DNA of 64,000 nt from a virus. The notes beneath the pieces were generated by a model. The model was not told the DNA's origin. It made no database searches and saw only the letters and a program-made list of their open reading frames with translations. Position 1 is the stretch's first letter. The number at the start of each line of letters is the position of its first letter. A program made the position numbers and the translations under genes. The stretch lies in IMG/VR virus record IMGVR_UViG_3300022752_000055, positions 1-64,000 of that record; one strand, 5' to 3'. Below are positions 59,311 through 64,000 of this stretch, in pieces.

Positions 59311-60200
59311 TAAGTGTTAACTTTTATCATATTATAAAAATAATTGGTAATTCCTTCAAAACTTTTTAAATTCTTTTGTTTCAAATCATCTCTTGTTTTG
59401 GAAATTAAATTTTCAAAATGTCGTAAAGGCACGCTACTATACATCGCGTTTATTTTTCTATCATCATCCTTATCTATTAAACCAATTTTAATAAATTCCC
59501 TTAATTTCCTTGTCGCAAATTCATCGGCAATTATCTCAACTTCTTTCATTGCTTTGGCAGCGTCCTCAACACTTACCTCACCCAAATAACATTCATACAT
59601 TTTATCATCACCATATTTTTTATATTGATATTGGTGTGCGATTTCGTGAGCCACCACAAATAAAAAAGACGATAATGGGTAATTAAAAATTGTTTCATTA
59701 AAGAGAACCCCATTATGTAACGCCAACCCCATCGCCGGAAATTTAAATTTGGAAACTTCTATCTTTTTGCAGTTTGAATTCTCTATAAATGATTTAATTT
59801 CGTCTATATATATTTCTGTTTCAGGATAAGTTGACATAATCCTATATAAGAATGGTCTAATTCCTTCCGTTTCTTCCTTTAATACTTTTCTTGTGGTTGA
59901 TTCTTTTATATTAACCGGAGTATCACAATCTAATCTTATTACGATTAGTTCAAGATGTGGTAAATAATCATTGATATTTTTACTTACAATATTTTCCATG
60001 TCGTGATTATGATAATCACTTTGAAGAATAACAAGATAATTTTTAATAATTTCACCATCTCCTGACTCATAGTCAATTACCCTAACTTGGACTCCGCATA
60101 AATGCTTAATATCCATACTCAAGACAATATCTTCAATATATTTGCACCACCTATCCTCCTTAAACTTATTTACCTGTGCTTCTGTTATAATGTATTTCAT
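59310..60200 (-). CDS. leader-bearing two-domain protein with an HExxH metallopeptidase domain
   Basis: MKYIITEAQ; internal IKESTTRKVLKEE; VAHEIAHQYQ...EIIADEFA. Confidence 0.75.
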   Translation of the reverse strand: MKYIITEAQVNKFKEDRWCKYIEDIVLSMDIKHLCGVQVRVIDYESGDGEIIKNYLVILQSDYHNHDMENIVSKNINDYLPHLELIVIRLDCDTPVNIKESTTRKVLKEETEGIRPFLYRIMSTYPETEIYIDEIKSFIENSNCKKIEVSKFKFPAMGLALHNGVLFNETIFNYPLSSFLFVVAHEIAHQYQYKKYGDDKMYECYLGEVSVEDAAKAMKEVEIIADEFATRKLREFIKIGLIDKDDDRKINAMYSSVPLRHFENLISKTRDDLKQKNLKSFEGITNYFYNMIKVNT

Positions 60201-60217
60201 TTTATTAATAGTTAAAA

Positions 60218-60535
60218 TTATACGCACTCATCTTCTATTGTATATCTATAATATTCTTTAACATCCTTCCCCATTTTTTCCTTAATAACATTTTTTATAT
60301 ATAAACAAAGGGGAGCAAATAATTTATTTTGCCAATCATTAAAGAAGTTTAACAAATAAGTTTCGGCAGAACTTGTTGATACCACTTCTAAATACTCGTC
60401 CTCAGTTTTAAATTCGCAAGGATAGTAAAGGTCAGTACCCTCATCAACTATCTCCCTAATCCACACTAAATCATCTCTAGTTCTACGAAGAATTTGTAAC
60501 ATTATTTCTTGAGATTCCGTTATTATAATTTTCAT
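60218..60535 (-). CDS. leader-bearing RR-family protein
   Basis: MKIIITESQ...ILRR...PCEF. Confidence 0.75.
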   Translation of the reverse strand: MKIIITESQEIMLQILRRTRDDLVWIREIVDEGTDLYYPCEFKTEDEYLEVVSTSSAETYLLNFFNDWQNKLFAPLCLYIKNVIKEKMGKDVKEYYRYTIEDECV

Positions 60536-60804
60536 CTTTTATAAATATCAAAAGATTAACTTATGGTTAAAATAAAATAATATACACCATCTACCTACCT
60601 TAAAGATATTTATAATATAGATAAATAGTGATGAAAATAGGTATATAATTTTTACATTAAACTATCCATATGAAAGTATTAAAAACTATAAAAAACTTCT
60701 TTGATGGTCTATTATTTTCTAAGGAGCATATTGAATATGAAATAATGAAGAGATTTCTAAATGGGAAATAATATCACTAAAAATTTGTACTACGCGGCAT
60801 TCTG

Positions 60805-60877
60805 CACGCACGTGAGGACTCGAACCTACCATCTTCGGTTTTGGAGACCGATGTTCTACCAATTGAACTACGCACGC
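60805..60877 (-). tRNA. tRNA-Trp(CCA)
   Basis: Cloverleaf with anticodon arm TCGGT-CTCCAAA-ACCGA; G:U-rich acceptor stem; no encoded CCA end. Confidence 0.85.
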
Positions 60878-60885
60878 ATTTTATT

Positions 60886-61287
60886 TTATAATTTTATCTC
60901 GAACCTACCCCTCATAATTTCCAACTTATTATCCGGGACTCCGTGTTCGTTTACACCTCCGTGTCTATTCTCCACAACAACGTGAAAAACTATGTATCCG
61001 TATTTTCTTGCAATTATCTCATAAAACCTCATTTCCCATTCTTGGGTAAAGGTATTTGACACAACAACTGTGTTATAAAATAAACGGCGAAATAAACTTG
61101 GGTGCATTGCTTTATGAACTTTTCTTTTACAATCATTATGGGCGTCCTTTATTTTGGTATAATCAAATTTATATTCGCCATCTTTAATGAAGAACATATC
61201 GGCTTCAATGTGAAGTCCACCTAATGTTTTTGCAAATGTGCTTTTACCTGAGCCGGGGGCGCCTCTCAATAATGTTAGTTCTTTCAT
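60886..61287 (-). CDS. P-loop kinase, polynucleotide-kinase/AAA_33-like
   Basis: LLRGAPGSGKST, EADMFF, VVVSNTF, NEHGVP. Confidence 0.85.
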   Translation of the reverse strand: MKELTLLRGAPGSGKSTFAKTLGGLHIEADMFFIKDGEYKFDYTKIKDAHNDCKRKVHKAMHPSLFRRLFYNTVVVSNTFTQEWEMRFYEIIARKYGYIVFHVVVENRHGGVNEHGVPDNKLEIMRGRFEIKL

Positions 61288-61487
61288 ATTAATCTAATTG
61301 TTTTTGGTTTAACGTGTTGTACCGGTGTTCTATCAAGGGTCACCTGAAAACCCCAACTTGGGATAAAATCATTATATCCCAAGAACTGACAGGTTCCTAC
61401 CCATCTTTCACCTTTTTCGGTTTCTACGGATATTCTTTTACCCATAAATTGTTCCCTCATTTTCTCTATTTGTTCCTGTTGTATCAT
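61284..61487 (-). CDS. hypothetical protein
   Basis: TACCTTTG promoter at 61492-61499. Confidence 0.7.
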   Translation of the reverse strand: MIQQEQIEKMREQFMGKRISVETEKGERWVGTCQFLGYNDFIPSWGFQVTLDRTPVQHVKPKTIRLI

Positions 61488-61524
61488 AGAACAAAGGTAA
61501 GGTATGTTTGATTATCCGCCAAAT

Positions 61525-61854
61525 TTAATATAAATCTTCTGAGAATAATCTGTTCTCAAAATCTATTTTGTGTCCGTTTGCGGTGTGAATTTTGGCACCC
61601 TCTTCTCTATCTACAAATCTGTTTTTACTTGTAAGGAATCCCTGTATATGTTCACCGGAACAGTCTTCACCAATTTCACAAGTTCGTAAACCTGTTATTG
61701 AAGTCATTGTATACATACATTGGGCGTGTCTATGTCCGCAGAATACTAAACCCCTATCACAATTAACGGGTCGTATCATCGCTTCACTTGGAAGTTCTTT
61801 TTTTAATGGTATATTTAAATACCAAATCGCGGCACAGAGGATATATTCTTTCAT
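61525..61854 (-). CDS. conserved phage protein
   Basis: CAAIW...GHRH...QGFLTSKNRFVDREE...LFSEDLY. Confidence 0.8.
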   Translation of the reverse strand: MKEYILCAAIWYLNIPLKKELPSEAMIRPVNCDRGLVFCGHRHAQCMYTMTSITGLRTCEIGEDCSGEHIQGFLTSKNRFVDREEGAKIHTANGHKIDFENRLFSEDLY

Positions 61855-61857
61855 AAT

Positions 61858-62067
61858 TTATTCTTTTACATAGTCCATTGTTTCTCTCATTTTGGCAATT
61901 AACGCCTCCAAACTTTCAGTGTTTAAATACAATCTACCCTTATAATCCGTATCATCAATATCTTTAAACTCCAACGTAATCCCATCAAACTCAGGTGTTG
62001 GCTGAATCCTTATATCTTGTTCTAGATGTGTTGTAATCTCTGTTTTAATCCAAACTTTATTTTTCAT
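61858..62067 (-). CDS. hypothetical protein
   Basis: 69-aa ORF. Confidence 0.65.
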   Translation of the reverse strand: MKNKVWIKTEITTHLEQDIRIQPTPEFDGITLEFKDIDDTDYKGRLYLNTESLEALIAKMRETMDYVKE

Positions 62068-62068
62068 A

Positions 62069-62278
62069 TTATTTATTTTTTAATTGTTCGTGAGTAAGGG
62101 GGTCTCCACAGTCAACACAAGTATAGATTATTGTAAAGTAATCACCTTCATTGTGCAAGGTTTTATTAATAAAAGCCCCCGGTTCTTTTACATACTTGTT
62201 TGGATAAAAATAAGTTCTACTTATCGGTTTATGTTGGTTACAAAAGTCACATTTTCCAATTTCTATATTTCCACTCAT
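62069..62278 (-). CDS. small Zn-ribbon protein
   Basis: CDFC...CVDC. Confidence 0.7.
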   Translation of the reverse strand: MSGNIEIGKCDFCNQHKPISRTYFYPNKYVKEPGAFINKTLHNEGDYFTIIYTCVDCGDPLTHEQLKNK

Positions 62279-62395
62279 ATTATTTAGTTTTTAGTCGTTA
62301 TTTACAATGTTATCAAAAACTTTTCTCACACCCCACTTCACTATCTCCCAAATTATTATTGTTAGTATTATTATCTTCATAAAAAAATATTTTTG

Positions 62396-62469
62396 TGGAC
62401 TCACTTGGGCTCGAACCAAGGACTTCAAAATTATGAGTTTTGCACTCTTACCTACTGAGTTATGAGTCC
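62396..62469 (-). tRNA. tRNA with CAT anticodon (Ile2 or elongator Met)
   Basis: GGACTCA/TGAGTCC acceptor stem; CAAAA-CTCATAA-TTTTG; paired 1:72 so not an initiator; C4:G69 favours Ile2. Confidence 0.88.
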
Positions 62470-62474
62470 AAATA

Positions 62475-62613
62475 AGGAAAACAGAAGATGGGTCGGTGGA
62501 CATCTGTTTTTATGATTGGCATTACTCTGTATTTGAAGGATTACCCTATTACCCCTCCGAATAGATAACTGTTTCTAATGTTACCACCATTATCTACCTT
62601 TCCCAATCAACCT
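62475..62613 (-). ncRNA. unassigned structured RNA candidate
   Basis: Nested stems TGATTGG/CCAATCA, TAGATAA/TTATCTA, GGAGG/CCTTC, AAAACAGA/TCTGTTTT and a possible GGTGG/CCACC pseudoknot. Confidence 0.55.
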
Positions 62614-62619
62614 AAAAAT

Positions 62620-63000
62620 TTATTCGGTTTCATAACTATACATAATACCACTATCATATACAATACAATATAACATATGACTTGACACCTCAGGTTTGAA
62701 TTTTTTCATCATAAAATGACATTTTTCACCTTCACCATTGATACATTTCCAATCATACGTTACGTGAGTTTCATATGTTGTTTTTTCCGGTGCATCATAG
62801 GTTCTGTATTTCTTTTCACCAATGGTAAGAGACCAATCTTTTAAAATTACAAACATTTCTTTTGGATTATCGGTCGCAACTGTTTTCCATTCCTCTCCCG
62901 TCCATTCACTTTTAGTTGCTTGAATAACTCTGTTAAAATCTTGAGAATAACTAAATAAAGTTAAGAGTAGACCGACTACCATGAGTGTTACTTTTTTCAT
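62620..63000 (-). CDS. secreted hypothetical protein
   Basis: Signal peptide MKKVTLMVVGLLLTLFSYS-Q. Confidence 0.8.
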   Translation of the reverse strand: MKKVTLMVVGLLLTLFSYSQDFNRVIQATKSEWTGEEWKTVATDNPKEMFVILKDWSLTIGEKKYRTYDAPEKTTYETHVTYDWKCINGEGEKCHFMMKKFKPEVSSHMLYCIVYDSGIMYSYETE

Positions 63001-63014
63001 ATTGTTTTTTTTAG

Positions 63015-63086
63015 TAGTCCGGAGAGGAATCGAACCTCTATATACAGATTAGAAATCTGTCATTCTATCCGTTGAATTACCAGACC
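63015..63086 (-). tRNA. tRNA-Arg(TCT)
   Basis: ACAGA-TTTCTAA-TCTGT; AGAGG-TTCGATT-CCTCT; TATATTTG promoter at 63100-63107. Confidence 0.92.
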
Positions 63087-63111
63087 GATTAATGATACAC
63101 AAATATAAAAC

Positions 63112-63140
63112 AAAAACCCGAACCATCAAAGTCCGGGTCT
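63112..63140 (-). terminator. intrinsic terminator
   Basis: ACCCG...CGGGT with a T5 tail on the minus strand. Confidence 0.6.
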
Positions 63141-63163
63141 AATTATTTTAAAAAATAAATTTA

Positions 63164-63880
63164 TTAACCAAACTCTTCTTCAAATAGTGTTGTTGTTATA
63201 TTTTTTCGTTCGTTATATGTGTGATGTAATTCTGCGGTGTTATTTCGCATATTAAATAAAAAAAATCCTTGAGAACCTTCATCTCTTTCCCACCCACGAA
63301 AATTGTCTTCTAATGCTCTTTCACACCAATCTTCAACCGTACCTGTAACCGGAACACCATTTTCAAACCTATCTTCCATATATCCGCTACCATCCGAACC
63401 ATTATATCTTAACTCCATAATAGGTTCAACATCGGTAGATTCTTCTCTAATTGAATTAAATACATCTATACCTATGTCATTGTCTTTTGTTGTAAATTCT
63501 AAACTATTTCCGTCTGATGCCTCTGTATATACCATATAATGAATTAATCTAATTTCACTATTTATCCTATCAATTTCTATCTCAATTCTACCATAATCAA
63601 TATAATCAGGAAAATCTATTTTATCTTGGTTTCTTTCTCCAGCAATAAGAATCTTTTTAATAATTGGTATTAATCCTTCGGGTACTTCGACATAATAGTT
63701 GTTGTAAAAATTTGTAACTCTATCAAAATTAATATCTGATGTTTTATAAACTTCATAACTATATTCAAGTTCAACAATTTCAATATCTCCTTGACTTAAT
63801 TCATATGATTCAAGATATCTTGAGATTTTTCTAAGATATTTTTTATCTTCCGGTGATAAAATTGACATACTTTGTTCCAT
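63164..63880 (-). CDS. hypothetical protein
   Basis: 238-aa ORF; YNGSDGSGY and GWERDEGSQG motifs; TATTTATA upstream. Confidence 0.75.
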   Translation of the reverse strand: MEQSMSILSPEDKKYLRKISRYLESYELSQGDIEIVELEYSYEVYKTSDINFDRVTNFYNNYYVEVPEGLIPIIKKILIAGERNQDKIDFPDYIDYGRIEIEIDRINSEIRLIHYMVYTEASDGNSLEFTTKDNDIGIDVFNSIREESTDVEPIMELRYNGSDGSGYMEDRFENGVPVTGTVEDWCERALEDNFRGWERDEGSQGFFLFNMRNNTAELHHTYNERKNITTTLFEEEFG

Positions 63881-63913
63881 AAATTATAAATATCATCTAA
63901 AGATGTCTTTTAT

Positions 63914-64000
63914 TTATATTTCTTTAAGAATGTATTCGTGAGCAGAGTCCGAGTTTGATTGAAATAACAATCTCATCTTTTCCGCTTCCGCATAATCTTC
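63914..64000 (-). CDS. 3' end of a hypothetical protein (partial)
   Basis: EDYAEAEKMRLLFQSNSDSAHEYILKEI-stop. Confidence 0.5.
   Translation of the reverse strand, partial: EDYAEAEKMRLLFQSNSDSAHEYILKEI

Noticed and set aside
62291-62503. 70-aa ORF in the track
   Set aside because: It runs through tRNA(CAT); at most the last 29 codons (from 62380) could be a real peptide.
1-64000. Bacterial chromosome or NCLDV origin of the window
   Set aside because: Dense small unknown ORFs, an endolysin, homing endonucleases, tmRNA/tRNAs and bacterial promoters and terminators, without housekeeping operons, fit a large phage.

Overview
This is a 64 kb, very AT-rich segment of a large (jumbo-type) tailed phage that infects Bacteroidota. 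The host assignment rests on TAnnTTTG promoters, the lack of Shine-Dalgarno motifs, Bacteroidota-style lipoproteins and a T9SS-type cargo protein. No core capsid, terminase or polymerase gene was recognised, so this looks like an accessory region. It carries Hsp20, an N-domain-less ClpC, ClpP, a tmRNA, three tRNAs, one tRNA-like RNA with no normal anticodon arm, an unassigned multi-stem RNA, three homing-type endonucleases, three cell-wall hydrolases, RNA-repair-type enzymes, an N4-C methyltransferase and a DnaA-box-rich origin-like region. Two things stand out. (1) A CRISPR-shaped array (10 x ~36-nt repeats, ~30-nt unique spacers, 36720-37346) begins inside the 3' end of a protein-coding gene and stays in frame, with no cas genes in the window. 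(2) About 40 otherwise unrelated proteins share a few N-terminal leader peptides rich in I/L-x-E sites and are fed by a TATTTAT promoter motif, which suggests a modular capsid-cargo system. All product calls come from motif recognition by eye; no database search was run.
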